Program-made: the position numbers and the translations under genes
Notes under the pieces: generated by a model
Database searches by the model: none
Seen by the model: the letters and a program-made list of their open reading frames with translations, nothing else
What the model was told of the DNA's origin: nothing
Virus record (IMG/VR): IMGVR_UViG_3300034198_013268
Coordinates: 1 to 64,000 of that record
From: a virus
DNA length: 64,000 nucleotides
Reading direction: 5' to 3' (one strand)
In this document: positions 1-7,908 of the stretch, in pieces
Layout of the letters: the number at the start of each line of letters is the position of its first letter
Position numbering within the stretch: position 1 is the first letter of the stretch

Positions 1-168
1 ATAACCATAGTCTTCTGCGGTGACTGTGCTGTCACCAAGATAAATTACTCCAGTTTCATCAATATTCTGAATAGACATAGTCATGGAATATTGGACCATA
101 TCAATATCGTCAACAAGCACCTCCGACCTCGTGGTATTAATTGTTAAAATTCCATGTCTAAGAGGCAT
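1..168 (-). CDS. Hypothetical phage protein, truncated by the window edge
   Basis: Open frame from ATG at 168 (MPLRHGILTINTTRSEV...GVIYLGDSTVTAEDYGY) with AAGGA RBS upstream; absent from the ORF track. Confidence 0.7.
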   Translation of the reverse strand, partial: MPLRHGILTINTTRSEVLVDDIDMVQYSMTMSIQNIDETGVIYLGDSTVTAEDYGY

Positions 169-220
169 ATTGTTTTCCTTCCGTTTCCAATAGGGTGCTT
201 TTAATGTATTGTACGGTTTA

Positions 221-583
221 TTAGTCGGCAATGCCGACATAGGAGATTGCGATGAGGATGCCTGCGCCTGCAACGCTTGAGCCAATTTGGGTTACGTCAA
301 GGTCAATAACGTTACCCTTGCGGAATACGAAACCATCCGTTGCAACTGTTCCTGTTGCTGTTGCAGCATATTCGGCTGCTGGGATTGTGAAAGTTCCAAT
401 GGTGGTAGCGCCTGCTTGAATTCTTGCAATCAGAGATGCACCGGTAGGCGCGGTCTTGAGGCCGGCAGTTGCGTTGGTCATTTTTCCATCACATGGCATA
501 ACAATGCGAAGAACGTTTGCGGATACGGTAAGCGTACCTTCTGTCTGGATGGTGAATATTGATTGTGGGATAATGCCTGACAT
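221..583 (-). CDS. Small beta-rich putative virion/tail-associated protein
   Basis: 120 aa, AGGAG RBS; TAPTGASL...G..IDLDVTQIGS..AGAG pattern resembles actinophage minor structural domains (from memory). Confidence 0.55.
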   Translation of the reverse strand: MSGIIPQSIFTIQTEGTLTVSANVLRIVMPCDGKMTNATAGLKTAPTGASLIARIQAGATTIGTFTIPAAEYAATATGTVATDGFVFRKGNVIDLDVTQIGSSVAGAGILIAISYVGIAD

Positions 584-637
584 TTTTTCTCCTGTTGTTA
601 GATGGTACTTACATTATGCCATATCCAGAATCTGGAT

Positions 638-904
638 TTAGTCAGGTATTTCTGAGGCTTTCATCAAGATGTCGCGTAAAGCAAACGCCAACATATTATT
701 AGTCTCGAATGAAGTCCATAATTCGCTACTGTTTGCTACGTCACGATTGCTGCTATAGGCATCGTTGATTGACTTTATTGCTAGATTAGACATTTCTTCG
801 TGGAATACAAAAGCCTCCACTACCAGGTCAAGGACTTTATATACGTCCAAGTCCGAGCGGTCGATACCCATGTGCGTTATTAGCTGGTTGTCTATATTTG
901 ACAC
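638..904 (-). CDS. Hypothetical protein
   Basis: GTG at 904 has an AAGGA RBS; the track start at 940 lies inside a hairpin. Confidence 0.6.
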   Translation of the reverse strand: MSNIDNQLITHMGIDRSDLDVYKVLDLVVEAFVFHEEMSNLAIKSINDAYSSNRDVANSSELWTSFETNNMLAFALRDILMKASEIPD

Positions 905-926
905 AAAATTCCTTCTGTAGGGGGAA

Positions 927-956
927 CTGCCCGCCCCCATTTAAGGAGGCAGGCAG
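927..956 (-). terminator. GC-rich hairpin, probable terminator
   Basis: Minus strand CTGCCTGCCTCC-TTAAAT-GGGGGCGGGCAG, 12-bp stem with G-U pairs; weak U tail. Confidence 0.45.
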
Positions 957-1004
957 AACCTAATATGATGGTTCGTCAATTACGGTTGCAGAGCCCGAAC
1001 ACTT

Positions 1005-1457
1005 TTACTCTGCATCGTACTTCTCGCTTAACACCAGGTCTGACACATGTGCTGGAAGGAGCAAGAACCCTTTGGAAGGGTTATCGCTCGATGAAGCAAA
1101 GGTCACCTTACTGAGTGTGGAGTAGTTCTTACGAAGATAGCGCTTGATGCGGTCGACTGCAACCACTAAAAAAGCTCCATCTAGATGATATTGATAGACC
1201 CACCATTTGGCGGTTGTTACGTTTATTCCACTAACAACCCAGTCTTCCGTGCCGTCTTCTTTGAGACGTTGTCTTGGCCATTGCTCGGTTTCTATGACCA
1301 TTTTGCCGTTGCGATAGCGGTCGGTTTTTACTTCTATATCGCCAGAAGCAATATCTTCAATAAATTTACGGACAACATCCTCGCCGGCCTCGCCAAAAGC
1401 CAAGTCTTTAAGGAAATTTGGGGCCTGTATGTCAAAACGGTTAGTCATTAGGGACAA
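1005..1457 (-). CDS. Putative PD-(D/E)XK-like nuclease-fold protein
   Basis: DL..GE.GE helix, then IEVKTD and SGINVTTAKWW; real start may be ATG 1448. Confidence 0.5.
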   Translation of the reverse strand: MSLMTNRFDIQAPNFLKDLAFGEAGEDVVRKFIEDIASGDIEVKTDRYRNGKMVIETEQWPRQRLKEDGTEDWVVSGINVTTAKWWVYQYHLDGAFLVVAVDRIKRYLRKNYSTLSKVTFASSSDNPSKGFLLLPAHVSDLVLSEKYDAE

Positions 1458-1506
1458 GACTACACAGTTATGTAATTTTCCGCAACCTTAAAAATAAACT
1501 TACAGG

Positions 1507-1535
1507 TTGTGCTTTGCGGAAGTGAGGTGTATAGT
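1507..1535 (+). promoter_or_regulatory. Sigma70-type promoter
   Basis: TTGTGC-N17-TATAGT upstream of AAGGAG RBS and ORF 1568. Confidence 0.55.
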
Positions 1536-1567
1536 CATACTTCACATACCTATCAAAGGAGTCACTC

Positions 1568-1810
1568 ATGGCGCGTAAGCCTCGTACTTATCAGGAATTA
1601 AAAGACTCGGGAATCGTTCGTCGTGGACGTATTGCTCCCAAGCTTTCTAAGAAAGAAATTCAGGAGCGCCAAGAGCGTGAGCGTATAGCTAATCGTCAGC
1701 GTCAAGAGGCTCGCCGTCGCGCAGCTATGGTTCTGCAGCATAATTACCGTGATGAATTTAGTGAGTTGTACAAGCACGAGCTTGCAAACATACAGTCCGA
1801 AGATATCTAA
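1568..1810 (+). CDS. Small basic hypothetical protein
   Basis: 80 aa, Arg/Lys/Glu-rich, AAGGAG RBS. Confidence 0.75.
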   Translation: MARKPRTYQELKDSGIVRRGRIAPKLSKKEIQERQERERIANRQRQEARRRAAMVLQHNYRDEFSELYKHELANIQSEDI

Positions 1811-1816
1811 TATCTA

Positions 1817-1893
1817 ACGGGCGTATCCCCTCACTCTTATAAGGTGTAGAAAGGGTAGCTGGTGGCACGTGGGTTCAAATCCCACCGCCCGTA
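1817..1893 (+). tRNA. Non-canonical tRNA-like RNA, anticodon TAT (Ile), no standard D-arm
   Basis: Acceptor stem ACGGGCG/CGCCCGT, T-arm GTGGG-TTCAAAT-CCCAC, anticodon loop CTTATAA closed by CACT/GGTG; CCA not encoded. Confidence 0.7.
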
Positions 1894-1916
1894 CTACTTT
1901 TCACAGGAAAGAAATT

Positions 1917-2009
1917 ATGAATCCATTTATTGCTTACACTGCAGGAATAATTGTCGGTATATCCATCGGCATTTTTTTAGGTGTTTTTATCTCGAGGAAG
2001 TGGGACTAA
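1917..2009 (+). CDS. 30-aa single-TM peptide
   Basis: MNPFIAYTAGIIVGISIGIFLGVFISRKWD, AGGA RBS, abuts next ATG. Confidence 0.6.
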   Translation: MNPFIAYTAGIIVGISIGIFLGVFISRKWD

Positions 2010-2010
2010 A

Positions 2011-2271
2011 ATGACCGAATCAACATGGACTTGGGTTTTATTTTTCATGGAGTTTATTGGTGTTTTTGGCTCCTATATAGTGGGTAACCAAAAATGGCAG
2101 GGTCATCTAATCGTCGCTCTCCACTCTTATCCTTGGCTTATTTATGCGCTTATTTTTGATAAACCAGGGTTTATAGCGATGTGGGGTTTATGGCAATGTG
2201 TTCATATTCGCAATATGATTAAATGGCGAAATGCTTACAAAAAACGCCAAAGCTACGAGGAGGCTTTTTAA
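2011..2271 (+). CDS. Small multi-pass membrane protein (loosely PnuC-like)
   Basis: Three hydrophobic Trp-rich segments; TAATG coupling to next gene. Confidence 0.65.
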   Translation: MTESTWTWVLFFMEFIGVFGSYIVGNQKWQGHLIVALHSYPWLIYALIFDKPGFIAMWGLWQCVHIRNMIKWRNAYKKRQSYEEAF

Positions 2272-2471
2272 TGATGGCTGCATTAACTTTTGTAATTATT
2301 GCCGTTTCATTTATTCTGGGACGAATTACAAATTTCAAAGATGACAACAAGATAAAAAAACTTGAATTAGATTTGTCTATAATGACGAACGCACGAGATG
2401 ATTGGCGAACACGCCATATTGAACGCATAACAAAAGACCGCATAGAAAAGGAATCATCCGATGAGGCGTAA
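2271..2471 (+). CDS. Hypothetical membrane-anchored protein
   Basis: N-terminal hydrophobic segment, GGAGG RBS, TAATG overlap. Confidence 0.6.
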   Translation: MMAALTFVIIAVSFILGRITNFKDDNKIKKLELDLSIMTNARDDWRTRHIERITKDRIEKESSDEA

Positions 2472-2574
2472 GATTTTAAAAATTACGGCACTTGTAGTCA
2501 CTGCTCTTTTTGCAGGAATTGTGGCCTGGGGTGCAAATGTTCTAACCAAAAAAAATAACGAAATGTGGGAATAA
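2461..2574 (+). CDS. 37-aa single-TM peptide
   Basis: MRRKILKITALVVTALFAGIVAWGANVLTKKNNEMWE, AAGGA RBS, TAATG overlap with next gene. Confidence 0.6.
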   Translation: MRRKILKITALVVTALFAGIVAWGANVLTKKNNEMWE

Positions 2575-2855
2575 TGAAAAACATTGAAAAGCAAATACGT
2601 GCTGTAGCCGCTGTATTGCGCGATAAACAAAAAGGCACCCTACCGGACGCAGTTACTGTAGAAATAACTCCTGAATTTTTGGAAAATATTGCAGATGAAC
2701 TAGAGTCTCTTAAAAAACAACTAGCCAATAATAAGTACCGCGAGACTTTTGGTATTGAAAAAATTAAGAAACAACAGGGGCCTCACGACCCTTCCGGTGA
2801 TTCTATCTGGAAGCACGTACGCGGCAAGGGTCTGTACGACAAGCCCGATTTTTAA
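2574..2855 (+). CDS. Hypothetical protein
   Basis: Coupled ATG at 2574; 93-aa open frame. Confidence 0.65.
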   Translation: MKNIEKQIRAVAAVLRDKQKGTLPDAVTVEITPEFLENIADELESLKKQLANNKYRETFGIEKIKKQQGPHDPSGDSIWKHVRGKGLYDKPDF

Positions 2856-3631
2856 TAATCGGCGTGAGCCTGGGTAAAACTTATCAATCTCTCTGCGGTT
2901 GTAGAACCATCATATGCTGGAGAAGATTTAAGGTACCGAATAAACGTATACCATTCACGCTGTTGTTCAGGAGAGTCAAATACCAGCGTGTATTGAACAA
3001 CAGATTTATTACTCCCGCTTGAATTGATAGCAGTGCTGCCCATTGTTGCAGCTGCTTTAGTGTCTATTCCTTCATTTGCGGTGATGACCGTATCCCCTGT
3101 AGCTGCATCAAAAGAAGTAGTTGCATTTGGCATTAAATTTAACGGCTCATCCGGGAAAGAAATCATTATTGGCGGGATGTAACCGTTGTCTATTTCTTCA
3201 TCTGGAAATTTTTGCACGTGTTCAGTTAACGCGGCAATTTCAAATTCATCCCATTGCAATTCTTGCATAAGACTGGCGTAACTTGAGTTAATTTGTCCGA
3301 GCATGTCCAGAACTAACGAGTCTTCTGTTTGACCTAGTTCCATAGTCCTGTTATCAGCGAGAGCAAACGCTATTGCTCTTTGGTCGTCCGACTCAAGCTG
3401 GACAGCGGCAATGCTTTCCCATCCAAGGAGTTTTGCTGCCATCATCTGGTGGTTTCCGGCAATGACAGTAAATGTTCCATCATCATTTGGCCTTACTACT
3501 ATCGGCTTGACTTGACCAAACTCCGTGTAAGAGGCAGCGATAGCATTTACGTCACCACGTCGTGGGTTGTTCTCGAGATGTAACAAAGAACTAATAGGCA
3601 GTGCTAGATGAGCAATGCTTTCGTGAATCAT
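2852..3631 (-). CDS. ParB/Sulfiredoxin N-terminal domain protein
   Basis: NNPRRG..AIAASY.EFGQVKPIVV...VIAGNH..AAK.LGW...LADNR. Confidence 0.85.
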   Translation of the reverse strand: MIHESIAHLALPISSLLHLENNPRRGDVNAIAASYTEFGQVKPIVVRPNDDGTFTVIAGNHQMMAAKLLGWESIAAVQLESDDQRAIAFALADNRTMELGQTEDSLVLDMLGQINSSYASLMQELQWDEFEIAALTEHVQKFPDEEIDNGYIPPIMISFPDEPLNLMPNATTSFDAATGDTVITANEGIDTKAAATMGSTAINSSGSNKSVVQYTLVFDSPEQQREWYTFIRYLKSSPAYDGSTTAERLISFTQAHADY

Positions 3632-3864
3632 ATGTCTTCCGATGATTCCAGGCTTAGTGTTGCTTGAATCTTCCCATCAGATACTGCAGTTATTTGGATT
3701 CCCAGGATATGCATGACTATGCGAGCAGTCTCGCCCATGCTGCTATCTAGCTCTACTAGCTCCGCGTCTGTTAGCTCGCCGTTATCGGCAAGGTCCATAA
3801 ACTCTTCTTTTATGTGCCGCCAGATTGACAATCTAGTATCTTCAAAATTTTCCTCTTTTGCCAT
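3628..3864 (-). CDS. Hypothetical protein, probably leaderless
   Basis: 78 aa, ATGA coupling to the ParB-like gene; TG-A-TAGGGT 6 nt before ATG. Confidence 0.7.
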   Translation of the reverse strand: MAKEENFEDTRLSIWRHIKEEFMDLADNGELTDAELVELDSSMGETARIVMHILGIQITAVSDGKIQATLSLESSEDI

Positions 3865-3932
3865 TGCAATACCCTATCACCCTGGCTATACTCGTTCAAG
3901 AGAGGCTACGGCCATTAACCAAGGAGATAGTA

Positions 3933-4412
3933 ATGACTACCACCACAACAATGATTGGGAACGCTACGGCAGACCCGGAACTCCGCTACTTTGAGAGCGG
4001 CACAGCAAAGGCAACTTTCAGTATTGCGGTAAATCGCTACTGGAAAGACGACAGCGGTGAAAAGAAGGAACAGACTTCCTACTTCAATGTTCATGCTTGG
4101 GGATACCAGGCTGAGGACGTTGCTCGCGTAGTTTCAAAAGGAACACGCGTAATGATTGTCGGCCGTCTTGAGCAGCAGACATGGGAAGATAAGACATCTG
4201 GAGAAAAGAAGAGCCAGATTGTCGTCATCGCCGACCAGGTTGGTGTAGGACTTATCTCAATCGAGTCATTTGAACGCCGTACTGGCGGAGGTGGCACTGG
4301 AGTCGCCAGCGACAAGGTAAGCACGGCCACACGCTCTGCTGCGCCAAAGAAGCCAGCTCGTCCAGCAGCTCGTCGTTCAGACATGTTCGAGAGCGAAGAA
4401 GAGCCCTTTTAG
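3933..4412 (+). CDS. ssb: Single-stranded DNA-binding protein
   Basis: IGNATADPELRY...F.IAVNR...KG.RV.IVGRL..W, Gly linker, acidic EEEPF tail; AAGGAG RBS. Confidence 0.95.
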   Translation: MTTTTTMIGNATADPELRYFESGTAKATFSIAVNRYWKDDSGEKKEQTSYFNVHAWGYQAEDVARVVSKGTRVMIVGRLEQQTWEDKTSGEKKSQIVVIADQVGVGLISIESFERRTGGGGTGVASDKVSTATRSAAPKKPARPAARRSDMFESEEEPF

Positions 4413-4419
4413 TCGCTTT

Positions 4420-4462
4420 GCCCGCTAGGATTTAGTGTGACTTTCGTCACGTCCTAGCGGGC
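4420..4462 (+). terminator. Strong nested hairpin after ssb
   Basis: GCCCGCTAGGA/TCCTAGCGGGC 11-bp stem enclosing GTGAC-TTTC-GTCAC; no clear U tract. Confidence 0.5.
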
Positions 4463-4535
4463 TAGCAACCCCTTTAAAATAAGGCCCTAACCATCCACAT
4501 GCTGTGGATAACCCTCAGTCAAGAGGTTCCGTGAG

Positions 4536-4564
4536 TTGCGGTCTGCTTTTATGGGGGGTATAAT
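4536..4564 (+). promoter_or_regulatory. Sigma70-type promoter for the Rpf-like gene
   Basis: TTGCGG-N17-TATAAT. Confidence 0.65.
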
Positions 4565-4636
4565 TAAATTACTAACTATTACATAGGGACGACGTACATT
4601 CCGTCCAGCACTTATTCCCCTATCAAGGATAAAACA

Positions 4637-5662
4637 TTGAAAAAAGTCATTCGCTCATTAGTTTTCGTTACCCTACTGCCATTGTTTGTAAGCAACATGG
4701 CAAAAGCAGAAGAGGAGGCTAGTTTGACAATGGCTACTACTCCATCTGTGCAGGTTGTTGCACCGGCCGTTCAGGCCAAGGTAAAAGCAATGGCGCAAGA
4801 GTACGTTAATCCTTTGCTTGTTGCCCAGCTTAAGACCGGCAAAGCTGGTTCTATAGAGTTTTGGGAAGCGGTATCTTGGTGTGAGACAAATCACGACTGG
4901 AAAAATAGCGGATATTATGCCGGCGGCTTGGGCATTGCCCAGTCGGCTTGGCAGGGGTACGGAGGTTGGGATTTTGCCAAGTCACCAAAGAACGCCACCA
5001 AAGAAGAGCAAATTATTGTTGCCAATCGTCTGTCTTTCTTGGGTTATCAAACAAAAAATGTATTTCTTACCCTTGATGACAAGTTGCAGGGTAAGCCTTT
5101 CTTTCGTCCAGCAGTAGGCTGGCGTAGTTCCAAAAATTGGGGCAAAACTTGTGTTAACTGGAAAACGCGCAAGCCAAATAACTATCGTTTTACGGAACAG
5201 GGTATGGCCAAGTTTGAAGTTACAAATCCAAATAATGTAGCCAGGAGTAAGCCTCATTCCGCCAGTGTTCACAAGTCTTCTGTGTCTACAAATTCGTGTC
5301 CACAATGGGAAGGCAAGTTAAAAAAGTATGGCCTTCCTGTAAAAGAGTTCTCGCGTATTATGTATCGAGAATCTAGGTGTCAACCAAACGTTATTGGGTG
5401 GAACTATTATAAAGGCACCTCATACAAAGACTGCAAGTTGTCCCCGGCGGATGTCTATAAACGGTGCAAGGCGGTGCGCTCGTACGACTCAGGACTTCTA
5501 CAGATAAATTCTTCGTGGGTCACTGTGGTCCAAGAAGTTTGCCATTCAAAGCGTGGAAACATGAAAGTTCTCCTAGACTACAAGTGCAACTTACAGGTGG
5601 CAAAATACCTTCTTGACAATGGCGGTATGGGGCACTGGAGTGGAACGTCAGGAGCGAAATGA
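4637..5662 (+). CDS. Secreted muralytic enzyme: Rpf-type transglycosylase domain plus SLT/lysozyme-like domain
   Basis: Signal peptide; W..V..CET..W...YYAGGLGI.QS.W..YGG..FA..P..ATKEEQI.VA (Rpf); YRESRC...DSGLLQIN..W...NL..AKYL (SLT). Confidence 0.85.
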   Translation: MKKVIRSLVFVTLLPLFVSNMAKAEEEASLTMATTPSVQVVAPAVQAKVKAMAQEYVNPLLVAQLKTGKAGSIEFWEAVSWCETNHDWKNSGYYAGGLGIAQSAWQGYGGWDFAKSPKNATKEEQIIVANRLSFLGYQTKNVFLTLDDKLQGKPFFRPAVGWRSSKNWGKTCVNWKTRKPNNYRFTEQGMAKFEVTNPNNVARSKPHSASVHKSSVSTNSCPQWEGKLKKYGLPVKEFSRIMYRESRCQPNVIGWNYYKGTSYKDCKLSPADVYKRCKAVRSYDSGLLQINSSWVTVVQEVCHSKRGNMKVLLDYKCNLQVAKYLLDNGGMGHWSGTSGAK

Positions 5663-5859
5663 CATATAAGTACCCAATAGAAGAAGCTAAAGAAAAACCA
5701 CACGACATACACCTTAAATTTGGTGAAAAAATGGACGTTCGCGGTTCTTATTTTGTTGTAGTGCCAGTTACTGCCTGTGCTTGGGTTGGCGCAACTGAGA
5801 GTGAAATAACCTTAGATGTAGAACTTGTTACTTGTCCGCACTGTTTAAAGAGGAAATAA
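5659..5859 (+). CDS. Small putative Zn-binding protein
   Basis: His...TAC...VTCPHC; ATGA coupling. Confidence 0.6.
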   Translation: MTYKYPIEEAKEKPHDIHLKFGEKMDVRGSYFVVVPVTACAWVGATESEITLDVELVTCPHCLKRK

Positions 5860-5861
5860 CA

Positions 5862-6158
5862 GTGGTAGGAAAAGATGCTTGGGGATTTGACCCTTCCGGC
5901 ATGATGGCTAGGTTAAGAGAAGGAGAAAAAATGACGTTTGATGAGTGGATGAAAATAGGTCTTGAGTCTGGATGGTGCGGGCCCCCAGTGTGTTACACCC
6001 ATGATGGACTTCCTATGTCCGAAGAGGAAGAAGAAGAGTTTCAAGAAGGAGACCCGTGCATACACGTGATTCGTATGTATGAAAGCGAAGAGCACAAGCA
6101 ATCGGTAGAGGTAGAGCACTCACCGTCACAATGGCGTAACCAGTGGAAACCTACTTAA
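5862..6158 (+). CDS. Hypothetical protein with Cys/His motif
   Basis: GWCGPPVCYTHDG...DPCIH; GAGG RBS before GTG 5862. Confidence 0.65.
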   Translation: MVGKDAWGFDPSGMMARLREGEKMTFDEWMKIGLESGWCGPPVCYTHDGLPMSEEEEEEFQEGDPCIHVIRMYESEEHKQSVEVEHSPSQWRNQWKPT

Positions 6159-6384
6159 AGGTAATCTGACCGAGTGTTGGGACTATTGTTCCCAGTGTTC
6201 CTGAGCCACGCTCATTAACTATAGACTTCGTCTCCAATGAATGTACTCTGGTTTCATAAACCTGAATGACGCCTTGCATTCGTTTTATTTCGTTGGCAAG
6301 CATTGCCATTTCCGTACGCATTGCCTCGATGTCTTGTTCATTTTCATAGGAGTCATCGTTGTTTGATTTATTACGCTTAGCCAT
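6151..6384 (-). CDS. Hypothetical coiled-coil protein, probably leaderless
   Basis: 77 aa; TACACT 6 nt before ATG. Confidence 0.65.
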   Translation of the reverse strand: MAKRNKSNNDDSYENEQDIEAMRTEMAMLANEIKRMQGVIQVYETRVHSLETKSIVNERGSGTLGTIVPTLGQITFK

Positions 6385-6400
6385 AAGTTAAGTGTATCGC

Positions 6401-6856
6401 CTATTTGCGGGTTTTTTCTTTTACTGTTGGTCCGCCAACGACCCATGCATCACAAGTTCTTGCTGAGTGACACTTGAAGTCAAAAGCTTCACAGTACCCA
6501 ATGTCTCCTGAGTCTATAATCTCCCATGCGTCGTTTCCTTTTTCGTTACCAAGCGCATCGGCTATACAGTTAAGCATTCGTGGCGAGCGGATAAACATAA
6601 TACAGTTACCGCATTTTTGCTTTTTTGCAGAGGCGACACTGACGCTCCATCTGTCTGCTTTTTTCTGCCAAAACTGACCATTTGGTTCTTTAGGATTAAG
6701 CGGTCCGTAGTCCGCATCTTTAATAGCTTTTTGACGATTGCGGATATTAACCTTAATATCTTGCGTGGCTGGAGGGCATCCTTTTTCGTCCCCGTCTTTT
6801 GTTTCGAACACAATTCCGGAAATAGAACCCGAGTATTCTCCCCATGTTGTTTTCAT
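6401..6856 (-). CDS. Protein with HiPIP-like four-Cys domain
   Basis: QKCGNCIMF...GYCEAF...RTCDAW; ATGA coupling to upstream nuclease gene. Confidence 0.55.
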   Translation of the reverse strand: MKTTWGEYSGSISGIVFETKDGDEKGCPPATQDIKVNIRNRQKAIKDADYGPLNPKEPNGQFWQKKADRWSVSVASAKKQKCGNCIMFIRSPRMLNCIADALGNEKGNDAWEIIDSGDIGYCEAFDFKCHSARTCDAWVVGGPTVKEKTRK

Positions 6857-7248
6857 TTGAACTCCGTCCATGTTTTGTCACCAACACCAAAGTATTCACG
6901 AGCAAAACCGGATTCAATAATGTCTTTATTCAGACAAGCTGTGGTTGGGTCGTCGATTTTGTCGGAAGAATATATTCGAGCTAAAATACGGCCGTACTTA
7001 TCGTTCTTGTCGGGGATAGTGTTAACAAATACCCACTTGTGGTTTGTGAGCCAGTCTTCTGTGTAGTGTTTGGCTTTTAGGCCCATTTCTTTTTCGGCTA
7101 AATCTTTGGTTCTTGACTCTGGCGTATTTACTCCATAAAGTCTTACACGAATTTTGTGATGGATGTTAAACCCTAGGTCAATCATCAGTTCGACTGTATC
7201 TCCGTCTATGACCTTTAGAAGGGTCGCTCCGTACCAGTATCTGTCCAT
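6853..7248 (-). CDS. Staphylococcal nuclease (SNase)-like protein
   Basis: VIDGDT, RVRLYGVNTPES, DKYGRILA; TAATG coupling with dps. Confidence 0.9.
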   Translation of the reverse strand: MDRYWYGATLLKVIDGDTVELMIDLGFNIHHKIRVRLYGVNTPESRTKDLAEKEMGLKAKHYTEDWLTNHKWVFVNTIPDKNDKYGRILARIYSSDKIDDPTTACLNKDIIESGFAREYFGVGDKTWTEFK

Positions 7249-7781
7249 TAGAAGCGGTTTGGCTTTTGTAGTCCGAGTGATGCGCGTAACTGCCATTGCC
7301 ATTTTTGACACATATCGATTCGCTCCGATATGAAGTTAGCAATACCTTGTTCATTCATGTCGTTAGCGACAGTGAATACCGCTTTGAGCTCTCCTGTTAG
7401 TTGCGTAATGCTCTTGAGAAGTTCCATAGACATCGACGATGGGGTATCTTCTGGTTCTGATTCAGCTATCGTGCGCATCTCTACAAGACGAGACAGGTGG
7501 AATGGAGCGTCATATCCGAGCTTGAGTATCATCTCGGCGATGGTATCTACCGAGCTAAATAGGTCTTCATAGATATCACTAAACAGTTCGTGGTATTGAG
7601 CAAAGTCTGGACCCTTAACGTTCCAGTGAAACCCATGAGCTTCGTGGTAAACAGAAAAACTGTCAGCCAAAAGATAGCTAAGCGCCCTAGCAAGAGGGTT
7701 ACCTACTGCTTCTCTGCGCGTAGGTGCCATTCTTTCTTGGAGTTCCTCAAGTCTGCTGTATAGCTCTTCTTCGTTTGCCAT
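7248..7781 (-). CDS. dps: Dps-family ferritin-like DNA protection protein
   Basis: HGFHWNVKGPDF..YHELF..IYE....D.IAE; KWQWQL near C-terminus; GAGG RBS. Confidence 0.92.
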   Translation of the reverse strand: MANEEELYSRLEELQERMAPTRREAVGNPLARALSYLLADSFSVYHEAHGFHWNVKGPDFAQYHELFSDIYEDLFSSVDTIAEMILKLGYDAPFHLSRLVEMRTIAESEPEDTPSSMSMELLKSITQLTGELKAVFTVANDMNEQGIANFISERIDMCQKWQWQLRASLGLQKPNRF

Positions 7782-7842
7782 TGTTGTCCTCACAATTGTT
7801 GTTAGCTGCAGTATATATCAACTGCAAGCACGTATTAACAAG

Positions 7843-7867
7843 AAAACCCCACCCGTTAAGGATGGGG
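7843..7867 (-). terminator. Intrinsic terminator
   Basis: Minus strand CCCCATCC-TTAAC-GGGTGGGG-TTTT. Confidence 0.7.
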
Positions 7868-7908
7868 CATTCCTGGCCCTAAGGTAGGCATGTACTAATT
7901 ATCTCACA

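Noticed and set aside
4572-4624. c-di-AMP riboswitch before the Rpf gene, as in Streptomyces rpfA
   Set aside because: Leader is only about 65 nt with a simple ATAGGG/CCCTAT hairpin; ydaO consensus not recognisable
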